This document shows positions 41,077 to 50,237 of a stretch of DNA of 64,000 nt, piece by piece. The stretch spans positions 192,001-256,000 of the forward strand of contig OY764265.1 in assembly GCA_963668355.1 (NCBI GenBank), given 5' to 3'. Source of the DNA: Bdellovibrionota bacterium (lineage in GTDB: Bacteria > Bdellovibrionota_G > JALEGL01 > DATDPG01). Each line of letters starts with the position of its first letter. Positions within the stretch are counted from its first letter, which is position 1. A program made the position numbers and the translations under genes. The notes under the pieces are model-generated. The model saw only the letters and a program-made list of their open reading frames with translations, searched no databases and was not told the origin of the DNA.

Positions 41077-42413
41077 TACGAATTCCTCTGAGACGTTAAA
41101 TATTCAATTCTAGCTTCCAAAACATGGAGAGAAAAAACGGTAACTCCTAAGGAGAGTTGGGCGTTTGTCCACCGAAGTTCAGCATCGTTGACCTCTGTCT
41201 GAGAAGCTTTTCCGGTAGCGGCACTTCCTTTGGCAAGTTCATAAGATTGCCTGGCCAATTTTACAGACTCTTCTTGAGCGACGAGTGTTTCTTTCTGAGA
41301 TGAAAATTCGGCCAAGGCCGAATCCAGTTCTTTTTCCATCTCTCGTTCGGCTTGAGAAAGCTCCAACATGGCAATTCTCTGATCTGCCAGTGCCTGTCGA
41401 TATCGGCCGGATTTGGCTCCACCTTCCCAAATTGGAACCCTTAACATTAAACCCGCTGTAAGCGTGGAAAACATATTGCTTTTCCCAATATAAAAATCAT
41501 CCCCGTCACCGCTATAAGAATAGGAAGCAACGCCCTCTAGAGTTGGAAGAAAGCTTCTCTTTTGATTCGTGGCCAAATTTCCATACAACTCCACAGACTC
41601 CCTCAAAGAAAGCAATCCGGGATTTTCTTTCAAAAGGTCCGCCCTCAAGCGCACAGCATTGTATTGCCCAAACGCACCTTTAAACTCTCCCTTTAAAGAA
41701 ATTTCAGTTTCACCCGAGAGACCCAACACAGCCTTCAGGGTATTTAGAGCCAGCTGAAAATCCTTTTGTGCATTTAAGACGATGGGTTTTCGCGCAGCCA
41801 AATCCGAGGCCATTTTGACATGGTCAAAACGAGATACCCTCCCCCCACGATACCTTTTACGCACCGACTGTTGATTTTGACGTGCGTTCTCTTGAGAGGC
41901 CGTGACGATCTCCAAAGCTTGCCTGGCCAAAAGTGCATTGAAAAAAGCAGATTTGGTTTGGAAAATCAGATCGTCTTCGGCCAATTCCTTCGAAAATTGT
42001 TCTACTTGAATCGCGCGATCAGCCGCATTGATTGCATTTCTCACTCGACCAAACGCCCACAAAACCTGGCTGACATTCGCTTGCGCCTCGAAATCGAAGT
42101 CTCGCTTGATCGACAGTTGGGTGGAGGGAGCTCCATTCTGACCCGGCAAAGTTATCTTGGGAGCCATGAAATAATGGTTCCAGGATACGGACCCTTCCAA
42201 TTGAGGCAAAGCTTCGGCACGTATTTCACGATACTTTTGATGGACACGTTCGAGTTTTTCCTCTGAAATTTTGAGCATTTCGTTGTTGGCTTTGGCCATT
42301 TGAATGGCTTCCTCCAATGAGACCTCCAAAGCCGAATTCGATTGTGCGATCGCTACGTTTCCTGAAAAACACACGAAAAATATTAAATAAAGTATTCCAA
42401 ACCGTTTCATCAT
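41076..42413 (-). CDS. TolC-family outer membrane factor
   Basis: SLEEAIQMA and duplicated OEP helical/beta pattern. Confidence 0.9.
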   Translation of the reverse strand: MMKRFGILYLIFFVCFSGNVAIAQSNSALEVSLEEAIQMAKANNEMLKISEEKLERVHQKYREIRAEALPQLEGSVSWNHYFMAPKITLPGQNGAPSTQLSIKRDFDFEAQANVSQVLWAFGRVRNAINAADRAIQVEQFSKELAEDDLIFQTKSAFFNALLARQALEIVTASQENARQNQQSVRKRYRGGRVSRFDHVKMASDLAARKPIVLNAQKDFQLALNTLKAVLGLSGETEISLKGEFKGAFGQYNAVRLRADLLKENPGLLSLRESVELYGNLATNQKRSFLPTLEGVASYSYSGDGDDFYIGKSNMFSTLTAGLMLRVPIWEGGAKSGRYRQALADQRIAMLELSQAEREMEKELDSALAEFSSQKETLVAQEESVKLARQSYELAKGSAATGKASQTEVNDAELRWTNAQLSLGVTVFSLHVLEARIEYLTSQRNS

Positions 42414-43039
42414 TCCGTCTCCGTCATTTCACGTAAGATCTTTAACGCGAGTATTCCACCTTCTTCATGCAATTGCCCCGAAGTCTTTCCGACGGTTCTC
42501 TCTTTCGGGAGGAATATTTTTCCAAATAATTTTAAAAATTTTGGAATAGCCACCAACACGATGACCAAATCTTCCGGATGGAGAAAGTCCCAGTTTTTCT
42601 TTAGATTGCAAGACTTAGCAGCATCTACAAAAATTTGGTTCAAAGGTTCAATAAATTCTTCAAAAAAACGTTCCCGGACCTCCACCTTTTTTCGGTGCAG
42701 AACCACGCGATAGTTTACTTCCAAGTATGGGCCTTCATCCTTTTGACAAGCGCGCTCCATCAAAACCTCAAAAATATGTCGCAAGCGATCCTCCGGAGGC
42801 ACCTCTTTCTCGGCCTGCCTCATGAGTTCAATCATTCGACTTAGCTTCCGCTCGATGCACTTCGCCAACAAACCTTCCTTGCTTCCGAAATGGTATGAAA
42901 TCCCAGCTACATTTACGCCGGCCTTCTCTGCAATTTCCCGAACCGAAATGGAATCAAAATCCGCCTCGCCAAACATGATCTCGGCCGCATCAAGGAGCTT
43001 TTTCCGCGCATCCTCATGAATTCGCTCTTTCGCTGTCAT
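42410..43039 (-). CDS. TetR/AcrR-family regulator
   Basis: SVREIAEKAGVNVAGISYHFGSKEGL. Confidence 0.93.
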   Translation of the reverse strand: MTAKERIHEDARKKLLDAAEIMFGEADFDSISVREIAEKAGVNVAGISYHFGSKEGLLAKCIERKLSRMIELMRQAEKEVPPEDRLRHIFEVLMERACQKDEGPYLEVNYRVVLHRKKVEVRERFFEEFIEPLNQIFVDAAKSCNLKKNWDFLHPEDLVIVLVAIPKFLKLFGKIFLPKERTVGKTSGQLHEEGGILALKILREMTETE

Positions 43040-43047
43040 CTACCTAG

Positions 43048-43088
43048 TTTCAAACAAACGTTTGATTAAGTCAAACGTTTGTTTGAAA
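43048..43088. promoter_or_regulatory. Double TetR operator (18-bp perfect inverted repeat)
   Basis: TTTCAAACAAACGTTTGA-TTAAG-TCAAACGTTTGTTTGAAA; each arm is itself TCAAAC-N4-GTTTGA. Confidence 0.8.
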
Positions 43089-43132
43089 AAATGTAATTTC
43101 CTTCATTATTTTAGATAGTTATGCTTCGTTTT

Positions 43133-43936
43133 CTATTTCGAGAGCCGGTAACTTAAGACAAACATGCCCGTAATATTCTTCAAATTCCCCTGTAAAAGAG
43201 ACCCTCGCCGATTTCCAGCGCCGAGCATTTCCGTGTAGCTGATCCCAAAAATGGGGGTAGCCCCCCATAGCAGAGCCGGACAGACAACACGCATTCGAAC
43301 AAAATAATGATTGAGTCCTTTCTCAGCTTCCGGTCCATACATGAATCGATTATGAAACGTGTCACCCAACCCTAATCCACTTTTTAACTCGACAATCATC
43401 CATGGGGGACCTTTTCTTCGAAAAAAAACAAGAGGCTTTGCGGCCAAATCGACCTCGGCATACTGACCATGATGTTCAATCAGTTCCTGAGAAACCGATC
43501 CCGACACCGAAAACACCCTAGAAAATTGGTAAGAAGCTCCGAAGGACGCCTCCATCGCAAAAAGACGAGAACGCTGGATCGGATCCTGATCTCCAAAGGT
43601 CTCAAACAACACATCGTCCCTGAAAAAACCCAATGAAAAACGGACATGGGGATTGGCATGAGGCCGTGGTGTCACTTCAAATCCTTTCCCCCCTCGCAAA
43701 GAAAGGACACCATCCCATAGCCGAATGGAGGGAAATGCCAAGAAGAACGGGTAGTCGTAAATTCGCGCCCCTCTCTCCACAATGGAAGAGACCATGAAAC
43801 CTCCCAAAGAAACGTCCACCCAGGAAGTATCACCACTCGAAGATTCGGAAGTCGGACGAGAATCCGCATGAAGCGAAGAAAAAACGCCTAAGCTCGCAAT
43901 TAGAAAAAGAATAGTGATGCATTGTTTTCGAATCAT
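43133..43936 (-). CDS. MipA/OmpV-like outer membrane protein
   Basis: Signal peptide, beta-strand pattern, 'HNRFMYG' resembling the MipA 'nxYYG' motif. Confidence 0.55.
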   Translation of the reverse strand: MIRKQCITILFLIASLGVFSSLHADSRPTSESSSGDTSWVDVSLGGFMVSSIVERGARIYDYPFFLAFPSIRLWDGVLSLRGGKGFEVTPRPHANPHVRFSLGFFRDDVLFETFGDQDPIQRSRLFAMEASFGASYQFSRVFSVSGSVSQELIEHHGQYAEVDLAAKPLVFFRRKGPPWMIVELKSGLGLGDTFHNRFMYGPEAEKGLNHYFVRMRVVCPALLWGATPIFGISYTEMLGAGNRRGSLLQGNLKNITGMFVLSYRLSK

Positions 43937-43974
43937 TTTTCAGAAGTCTCGATCGGCAGCCTAGAGATGCTCAC

Positions 43975-45045
43975 TTACGACAATTTTGGTTCCAACTGCC
44001 CATGGTCAATCATTTGTTGGAAAAAATCCGTCATGGACTCCTCCAAAGATCGGTACGTCATTCCCAAGTCTCGAATGCTCTTTTGAGAGGAGGCTTTCCA
44101 CAAATGATTCACATTTCTGGAAACCATTTTTCGCGTCATCCCCGAATTCACCATCGGAGCCAAAAGCCAAACCAAAAATTTGGGCATGGCTCTTCGTGGA
44201 ATGGGAAAACTTTTCCCATAACGACTCAACAACACCCTGGCCATTTCCACCAAATCCGTATTGTGCCCGGAAATGATGTAGCGGCCCTGGGCTTTTTCAT
44301 CAAAAGCCGCCCGAAAATGAGCCTCCGCAACATCCCTTACATCCACTACGCCAAACCCCCAACAAGGAACACCTTGTTTCATCGTCCCATCACCCAATTG
44401 CCTTACAAACGAAAAACTTTCAGAGGTTCCGAAAGGATTGACCCCCGGTCCGACTACGAGTGAAGGATTCATCACCACCAAACTCCATCGCCCTTGACCT
44501 TCCGAGATCTTCCATGCTTCCCGTTCCGACAGAGTCTTGGAGTAGGAATACGGCTGGTGAGAAATCGAGGAGGTGACATTCCAAATATCCTCCGTAAAGA
44601 CGCCATTTGGAGTATTTCGAAGGTCAATATTATCCCCGTAAATCGCAGCGCAACTGCTCGTCAAGACAACACGTTTAACGGAAGAGGTGCGGTTAACTTC
44701 ATTTAAAACATTTTGCGTCCCCAATAATGCTGGGGCAATCAGATCTTTTTCCGGATCGCGTACATCAATTTTAAAGGGAGACGCCGTATGAAAAACGTAG
44801 GAACATCCTTGCATTGCTTCGAAATAAGATCCTTCTTTCAGCAAGTCGGTTTCAAAGTACCGAAGAGACCCAGGAAGATCTTTTTCCAATTGATCCAACC
44901 ATTTCCGTTTTTCAGGATTCTGGATATCGCGAATGGCCGCATGGACTTGAAAACCTTCTTTCAAAAGCTTTTCCACGATCCGCCCTGCTACATAGCCCGA
45001 GGCTCCAGTCACCAATACAGGACACGTTTTATCTACATTGATCAT
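43975..45045 (-). CDS. NAD-dependent epimerase/dehydratase (aldehyde reductase / dihydroflavonol reductase-like)
   Basis: VTGASGYVA, FHTASP, TSS, YSYSK; start at MINVDK. Confidence 0.9.
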   Translation of the reverse strand: MINVDKTCPVLVTGASGYVAGRIVEKLLKEGFQVHAAIRDIQNPEKRKWLDQLEKDLPGSLRYFETDLLKEGSYFEAMQGCSYVFHTASPFKIDVRDPEKDLIAPALLGTQNVLNEVNRTSSVKRVVLTSSCAAIYGDNIDLRNTPNGVFTEDIWNVTSSISHQPYSYSKTLSEREAWKISEGQGRWSLVVMNPSLVVGPGVNPFGTSESFSFVRQLGDGTMKQGVPCWGFGVVDVRDVAEAHFRAAFDEKAQGRYIISGHNTDLVEMARVLLSRYGKSFPIPRRAMPKFLVWLLAPMVNSGMTRKMVSRNVNHLWKASSQKSIRDLGMTYRSLEESMTDFFQQMIDHGQLEPKLS

Positions 45046-45064
45046 CCTTAAGAACTCTAAAACC

Positions 45065-45586
45065 CTACCCGCAACACTTCTTATACTTTTTCCCGCTCCC
45101 ACAGGGACAGGGTTCATTGCGTCCAATTTTTGGCGTTTCACGAACAATGGGAGCAATTTTTGGCCCCTGCGTACAGACCTCACCTTCTTCGTGAATATGA
45201 GAATCTCCGTCTTCAAATTTCCAGCGACCTTCTGAATCTCGTTCAAACCGAGCCACCTCGTGATGCTCCAACAACTTGTTCCGCTGTTTGAAGGAAGCAA
45301 TGAACTCGACAACGCCGACCTGATCCTCCGAAGAGCCTTCCTTTGTGGAAAGGATTTCCAATCCCTTCCAAATGACTCCTTCGGCCCATTCTTTGGACGC
45401 TTCAGCATCAAAATCTTTCTGAGATTTCTTGGTCAACGTATGTTTCAAATAAGCAATATTTCCTTGAACATACGCCGTATACCGAGAACGCATTAATTGC
45501 TCGGCAGTTTGAGCTTCCACCTTTCCCAAAAGAAAGGGTTCACAGCAGGTTTCAAAACTTTGGGTCGATTTACAGGGGCAATCCAT
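45065..45586 (-). CDS. ychJ: YchJ family protein with SEC-C motifs
   Basis: CPCKS...[36 protein letters not shown]. Confidence 0.9.
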   Translation of the reverse strand: MDCPCKSTQSFETCCEPFLLGKVEAQTAEQLMRSRYTAYVQGNIAYLKHTLTKKSQKDFDAEASKEWAEGVIWKGLEILSTKEGSSEDQVGVVEFIASFKQRNKLLEHHEVARFERDSEGRWKFEDGDSHIHEEGEVCTQGPKIAPIVRETPKIGRNEPCPCGSGKKYKKCCG

Positions 45587-45684
45587 GGGGCGTATTCTTC
45601 CCGAACGAAAAACTTAGTCAATCCTTTGTCCCATCCGGCTGCGGAGCCTGAAAAAGCCTACTTAACAGCCTCCTTTTTTCACAA

Positions 45685-45714
45685 TTGACAGCATTTATTG
45701 CAATGCATTAGGGT
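45685..45714 (+). promoter_or_regulatory. sigma70 promoter of the riboswitch-1 transcript
   Basis: TTGACA-N18-TAGGGT ending just before riboswitch P1. Confidence 0.5.
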
Positions 45715-45719
45715 GCACC

Positions 45720-45904
45720 GTGTTGATCAAGGGAATCCGGTGAAAATCCGGAGCTGCCCCGCAGCGGTGATTGAGAACGAAACTCGCACTCCAGGCACTG
45801 GCCTTCGGCTGGGAAGCCGCGAGAAGTAGGTTTGAAAGTGCTCAAAAGTCCGAAGACCTATCAACATTATTTAACCTTGGAATCCTCGCGGGAGGGAGCA
45901 GGTT
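45720..45904 (+). ncRNA. Cobalamin riboswitch (long form with P8-P12 accessory domain)
   Basis: P1 TGTTGAT/ATCAACA; AGGGAA-TCCGGTGAAAATCCGGA-GCTGCCCCGCAGCGGTGA; GCACTGG..GGGAAG; B12 box AGTCCGAAGACCT; P13 with a GCGGG loop over the SD. Confidence 0.93.
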
Positions 45905-45906
45905 TC

Positions 45907-48087
45907 ATGAATTCAAATACGAAAAGTTTAAAAAAAGGGCTTCCAGCCTTTTTCCTCTTTTTATCTTTTTTCGTATTCCTTCCAGCAACGGGAATATCAT
46001 CTCCCAGTCTCGAATTTGCACAATCGTTGACGGAACGAGGCTTTCTATCCAATGAAGTGGTTCAACATGCAACGGAAGAATTTGAAGATGCCTTCTACGG
46101 AAAGCTTTCAAACTCGGACAGAAACGTTCACGTTGAAGGACTATTTGATGATTATTTAGAAGACTATCTTCTCGCAGAAACGTTTCGCCTCATGCTCTTT
46201 TTAGACCTCGCACTTCGCCAGGCCGAAGCAAACTACTTTTTGGAGGAACTTCCCACGCCCCTTTTCTATGGCTTCGGTTTCGCGCGAAGAAGACACCCCA
46301 TCCTGAACGAACTCCTTAACGAATTGGAGGCTTCGGAAAGACAGCGTCGCCAAGAAAACGGTGGAGAAACTTTTCGAGAGGAATATCGGTATTTACTCCA
46401 AGCCGTCCTCTACTTCGACTCCTTCTATCAAACCTTGATCAGAAAGAAAGAAGAGCTTGAGCAAATTAAAAAAAGACTCAAGGGGAAAAATGCAGACCTC
46501 GCCATCATTGAACAAGAGCTGGATCAACTGAAGGAACGAAGAAAGGAGATGGAAGCTCACCTTCCCATTTACTTTAGAAAACCCGTAAAAAAATACCTCG
46601 AAAAAAGACGGAAAAATGGTGACCCAAGTTACGAAAAAAGAGCCGTCCAATTGGCCACATTCCAATCCATTTCCACTCAACTTGGAAAAGAGGCTTGGTC
46701 CATTTCTCAAACGGCTCTAAACGGAGATTTGCAAATCAATCAATCCACCATTGAGGAACTGCTGGAAACCTTTGATCCTCAGGAGGAACCTCCTGAGTTT
46801 GATCCCGACTTTGTTAAGGCCGTCCACAAAGCGGTTGCTCCTTCTACCTGGGGATCCGGTTCGATTTTAGATCGAATTCGTGCAGAGGTCGGACGGCTAG
46901 AGCTTTTTGGTCTGGAACTTGAAACAGGAAAACAGAAACTCCTTCATCTTCCAGCTAGTCATGAATTCATCCTCAAAATGGGGAGTCATTCAACCTTAAT
47001 CGAGGCTCTCGTCGAAACCTTTCCCGAATTATCCGACGCAAGACTTCGTTTTTTGGAAAAATATCATGACAAAACGACGGGAATAAAGGGGTTGGTCACG
47101 ACGATCTTGGGACATGAACCCACCGTATGGGATCTCGCCATTCTTGTACTGCCGACAGCGGTTGGCTGGGCTGGAAGAATTGGTGGCATCGTAAAAAATC
47201 TTCCTTGGCTCGCACGTGTTACGAGCATTCTCCCAAAAATTGCTCGGGTGGGTTACACAGCTCGCACCGCCTATTTTCTTGGATCCATTTGGAAAGCAGA
47301 TCACGATCGTCGTCAGGAGGCCATCAACACCTATTACTCCACCCTGCTCCGACCTTCCGGGCAAACCTATGGCCAAATTCAGGCCTATGAATCAAAACTC
47401 AGGACGTTTCTTTGGTTGGGAGTAGGAACAACCGCTCTTCTATATTCCAGCGGGGCCCTCGCCATGGCCCCCAGAATTGCGTCCCGTTGGGGAATTTCCA
47501 GTTCCGGAGCACGAATCACACTCAATAGCGATCGAATTCGACATTTCGCAACCTCTACAAAGAAAATGGGCGTCGATCTGTTCAAAGTGGTTCTGGGCGT
47601 TTCCATTGCCAACAACATCCTTGACCTCTATCTCGGGCAATATGTCCGAGGATTCACGATCGACGCGACCAATGACATTCGCAACCTTCTCCTTCGAACC
47701 GAGACAACCACTGCTGAACGTTTAGCATCCATTCCATATTATGACTTTTTTGGAGTGGATAAGATTCGCGCAGTTCAAGATTCGATCACCGTTCAAGCCA
47801 ACGCTCTCATCCTCTTGGATATCGAACGAAAGTTGGATCCGACCCTGGAGAAGAGTTCTCAAAAAGCCATCGCGGTTCATCTGGAAAATATTGGCATGGT
47901 TTTCTATCGATTCAGAGAAATTTTAAATGAAGACCGAATGGAAGAACTCTTGATTGCGCGTGGAATCGAATACGAATTTCTCGGCGAGCGTAGCATTCGG
48001 GTGACATGGCGAGAACACGAAGGCAGATTCACAGAAACATCCAAAGACAGTCGCTCCAATGGTCACAACACCAACGGTTTCCATTGA
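45907..48087 (+). CDS. Riboswitch-controlled 726-aa orphan secreted/membrane protein
   Basis: ATG immediately after riboswitch P13; signal peptide, coiled coil and C-terminal hydrophobic segments; no family recognised. Confidence 0.8.
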   Translation: MNSNTKSLKKGLPAFFLFLSFFVFLPATGISSPSLEFAQSLTERGFLSNEVVQHATEEFEDAFYGKLSNSDRNVHVEGLFDDYLEDYLLAETFRLMLFLDLALRQAEANYFLEELPTPLFYGFGFARRRHPILNELLNELEASERQRRQENGGETFREEYRYLLQAVLYFDSFYQTLIRKKEELEQIKKRLKGKNADLAIIEQELDQLKERRKEMEAHLPIYFRKPVKKYLEKRRKNGDPSYEKRAVQLATFQSISTQLGKEAWSISQTALNGDLQINQSTIEELLETFDPQEEPPEFDPDFVKAVHKAVAPSTWGSGSILDRIRAEVGRLELFGLELETGKQKLLHLPASHEFILKMGSHSTLIEALVETFPELSDARLRFLEKYHDKTTGIKGLVTTILGHEPTVWDLAILVLPTAVGWAGRIGGIVKNLPWLARVTSILPKIARVGYTARTAYFLGSIWKADHDRRQEAINTYYSTLLRPSGQTYGQIQAYESKLRTFLWLGVGTTALLYSSGALAMAPRIASRWGISSSGARITLNSDRIRHFATSTKKMGVDLFKVVLGVSIANNILDLYLGQYVRGFTIDATNDIRNLLLRTETTTAERLASIPYYDFFGVDKIRAVQDSITVQANALILLDIERKLDPTLEKSSQKAIAVHLENIGMVFYRFREILNEDRMEELLIARGIEYEFLGERSIRVTWREHEGRFTETSKDSRSNGHNTNGFH

Positions 48088-48201
48088 GAACTCTGAGTCG
48101 TGAAACCTCTTTTCTGTCAATAAAATCTTGTTTTTGGAAATTGCGATTTTTCTTTCCTCTTTTTCATTTTCAGCGCAAATTTCGAAGTTGGAGGATATTT
48201 G

Positions 48202-48417
48202 ATGAAAGCGAACAAGCTCTTGTTTCTCTTGTTGGTACTGGGATTGGTGGTTGCGGCCACCACGGTAACTTATAAAACGAATAAGTCTGGCCTTCAGTTG
48301 TCGTCGGTTCAAGCCGAAGACGACACGTCAGATGAGCCCGAAGGGGAAGAACCCTGGCCTTATCCAGATGACGATGGAAGCCAAGACGAGGAACCCACCC
48401 CAGAACCTGAAGAGTAA
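48202..48417 (+). CDS. Small secreted/anchored, highly acidic peptide
   Basis: GGAGG SD, hydrophobic N-terminus, D/E/P-rich tail. Confidence 0.7.
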   Translation: MKANKLLFLLLVLGLVVAATTVTYKTNKSGLQLSSVQAEDDTSDEPEGEEPWPYPDDDGSQDEEPTPEPEE

Positions 48418-48464
48418 ACATCCTTCATAAGACCTGGTTTTTCAAAAAAAACAGGCACATGAAA

Positions 48465-48498
48465 CAAAGCCCCGACATCGTCGGGGCTTTGCTTTTTT
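48465..48498. terminator. Bidirectional intrinsic terminator between convergent units
   Basis: CAAAGCCCCGAC-ATC-GTCGGGGCTTTG followed by a T run, with an A-rich 5' flank. Confidence 0.85.
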
Positions 48499-48517
48499 AG
48501 AAAGAATTTAAGAAACC

Positions 48518-49030
48518 TTACGGAGTCTGGGGACATCGTGGAGTTTCAAAAGCCTTCCGATCCTTATCCCACTTCGACAGAGAAAATCCGATCACCTGAC
48601 CATCCCGGAGAGGTTTCGCTGCATTTCCTGGAACCTTTGAACTCACACCCTCTTTCGACATTTCCCACTTCTTGCCCGTCCATTTAAAGAAGGCCCACAT
48701 TCGACCCTCTCGGCCAAAGCGATTTTCAATGGCCGTAATAAGATCTCCCTTCTGACCATAAGATACTTTGGTAACTGAAAGGCCCTCCCCTCCCGGGAGC
48801 TTCTTAGCATTTTCCAACGCCGTTAACGCGATGGGGTTTCCTTTGGAAAATTTTGCGACGGCAGCGTAGGAGTCATCCTGTCCATGAGAATCCACCACCA
48901 CTCCAATTTGAACACCCGGCTCTTTCAAGGCCTGACCCGAAAAATTTTCTAAAAACTCACAATCACTTCCTGCAAAAACCTGAGAACTCATCAAAAACAT
49001 TCCCAAAAAGAAAGCACCTTTTCTCATCAT
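48518..49030 (-). CDS. Secreted DUF4430 / transcobalamin C-terminal-like protein (putative B12-binding)
   Basis: Signal peptide; YGxKGDLITAIE...WAFF...GVSS...LRDGQVIGF resembles the DUF4430 pattern; lies under a B12 riboswitch. Confidence 0.6.
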   Translation of the reverse strand: MMRKGAFFLGMFLMSSQVFAGSDCEFLENFSGQALKEPGVQIGVVVDSHGQDDSYAAVAKFSKGNPIALTALENAKKLPGGEGLSVTKVSYGQKGDLITAIENRFGREGRMWAFFKWTGKKWEMSKEGVSSKVPGNAAKPLRDGQVIGFSLSKWDKDRKAFETPRCPQTP

Positions 49031-50190
49031 TCTTCACTCCCTTCATTCTCTTCGATTCTAAAAGCACTTTTTAAAACAATGGCATCCAGATCAAGGCCCG
49101 CATACATATTGACATTGGTGTTGGCTTCTTCTGCTGAAATAAAGCTCACATCTCGAATTCGAAGAACTCGAGCTTCCTGAAATCCAAGATGGGCCAAATC
49201 CAGTCCGACCTCCGTATTCCCGTCTACACTGACCGTCCAGGAAGGGGTCAATTCCTTTCCCGCCTCTGAAATCACAGAAATGACTGCGTCTCCACTGCTC
49301 GCCTTGGCTAGATAGAGAACCAAATCTTCCGAGTCCTTTTGATCCACAATTTTTCCATCTCGAACCCGAATATCAATCCATCCACCGTGCCCTAAAGAAA
49401 ACGTTTGTTCGGGATAAGCATCAAAAAGGCCTTCTTGGGTATCGGGGTATCGCGCCACTTGCGAAAAAAAATCCAAGGTCGTTTGCCGTTCGAGCGACAA
49501 TCCCGCACCAAACCCAAAGCGAATGAGATCATATTCAAAAGGAGAAGCCAAAGGTTCAAGAGCCTCCCCCTCCCGACCGCCTCCAAGCGGATCCTCTCCG
49601 GAAGCGTCATCCTTTTTCAAAACACCGGGCCGAATGATATTTGGATTTGAGGGCAGTATCCCCAAAGTCCCAAAAGGCTTGGAAGAAAAAGCAGCTACCT
49701 CCCCCACTTCCTTTTCTCTCATGGACTGACCTCTGTTTTTGGAGTCGTAGTATCCTCCGCCAGGAAGTCTTATTCGAGAGGGATTTGGCTTCACCCCTGT
49801 GTGACGTTCCGGTCGAAAAGAAGACTGGCTCGCCTGCGTCGAAACCTTAGGGTCAAAACGACGGTTTTGCTCGAAATCCGCCGTCGTTCCTCTCCCCGAA
49901 ACCGAAGAGAGGGCTTTTTGTCTCACTCTTCCCACCTCAGAAGAAGGCGCATCGGAAAACCTTCGAAAAGAGTGGGCCAACGTGGAGGTATCCTCCGAGC
50001 CTTTCTGAAACTCTCTCTCCACCCGAAGAACATCGGAAAATGGACCTTTTTCTTTCTTGCCAAGATTGGACGGGGCCGAAACCAGGATGGCCACCCCCAT
50101 GACAGCAAAAATGGAAAGGAATACTTTCCAAGCCAAACGCTTCGAGCGTTGGTTCGAACGAGACGCTACATGGATGGACCAGGAATCCAT
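49027..50190 (-). CDS. Membrane-anchored surface protein with low-complexity linker and C-terminal 'SLGxGG...DLDA' beta domain
   Basis: GAGG SD before ATG 50190; N-terminal TM; FSLGHGGWIDI, DLAHLG..ARVLRIRD, GLDLDAIV; ATGA overlap with the next gene. Confidence 0.7.
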   Translation of the reverse strand: MDSWSIHVASRSNQRSKRLAWKVFLSIFAVMGVAILVSAPSNLGKKEKGPFSDVLRVEREFQKGSEDTSTLAHSFRRFSDAPSSEVGRVRQKALSSVSGRGTTADFEQNRRFDPKVSTQASQSSFRPERHTGVKPNPSRIRLPGGGYYDSKNRGQSMREKEVGEVAAFSSKPFGTLGILPSNPNIIRPGVLKKDDASGEDPLGGGREGEALEPLASPFEYDLIRFGFGAGLSLERQTTLDFFSQVARYPDTQEGLFDAYPEQTFSLGHGGWIDIRVRDGKIVDQKDSEDLVLYLAKASSGDAVISVISEAGKELTPSWTVSVDGNTEVGLDLAHLGFQEARVLRIRDVSFISAEEANTNVNMYAGLDLDAIVLKSAFRIEENEGSEE

Positions 50191-50237
50191 GAACAACCTC
50201 TGACGGGCCTATAAAAAGAACAACTTGAAAAAAACAT
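50166..50237 (-). CDS. Putative 23-aa leader ORF (MFFSSCSFYRPVRGCSWIPGPSM)
   Basis: Strong GGAGG SD in riboswitch L13, with the ATG at the base of P13. Confidence 0.4.
   Translation of the reverse strand: MFFSSCSFYRPVRGCSWIPGPSM

Noticed and set aside
45046..45411. 122-aa N-terminal extension of the epimerase ORF
   Set aside because: Overlaps ychJ in another frame; the Rossmann motif begins just after ATG 45045
45832..45906. Track start of the 751-aa ORF
   Set aside because: Lies inside the riboswitch; the SD points to ATG 45907
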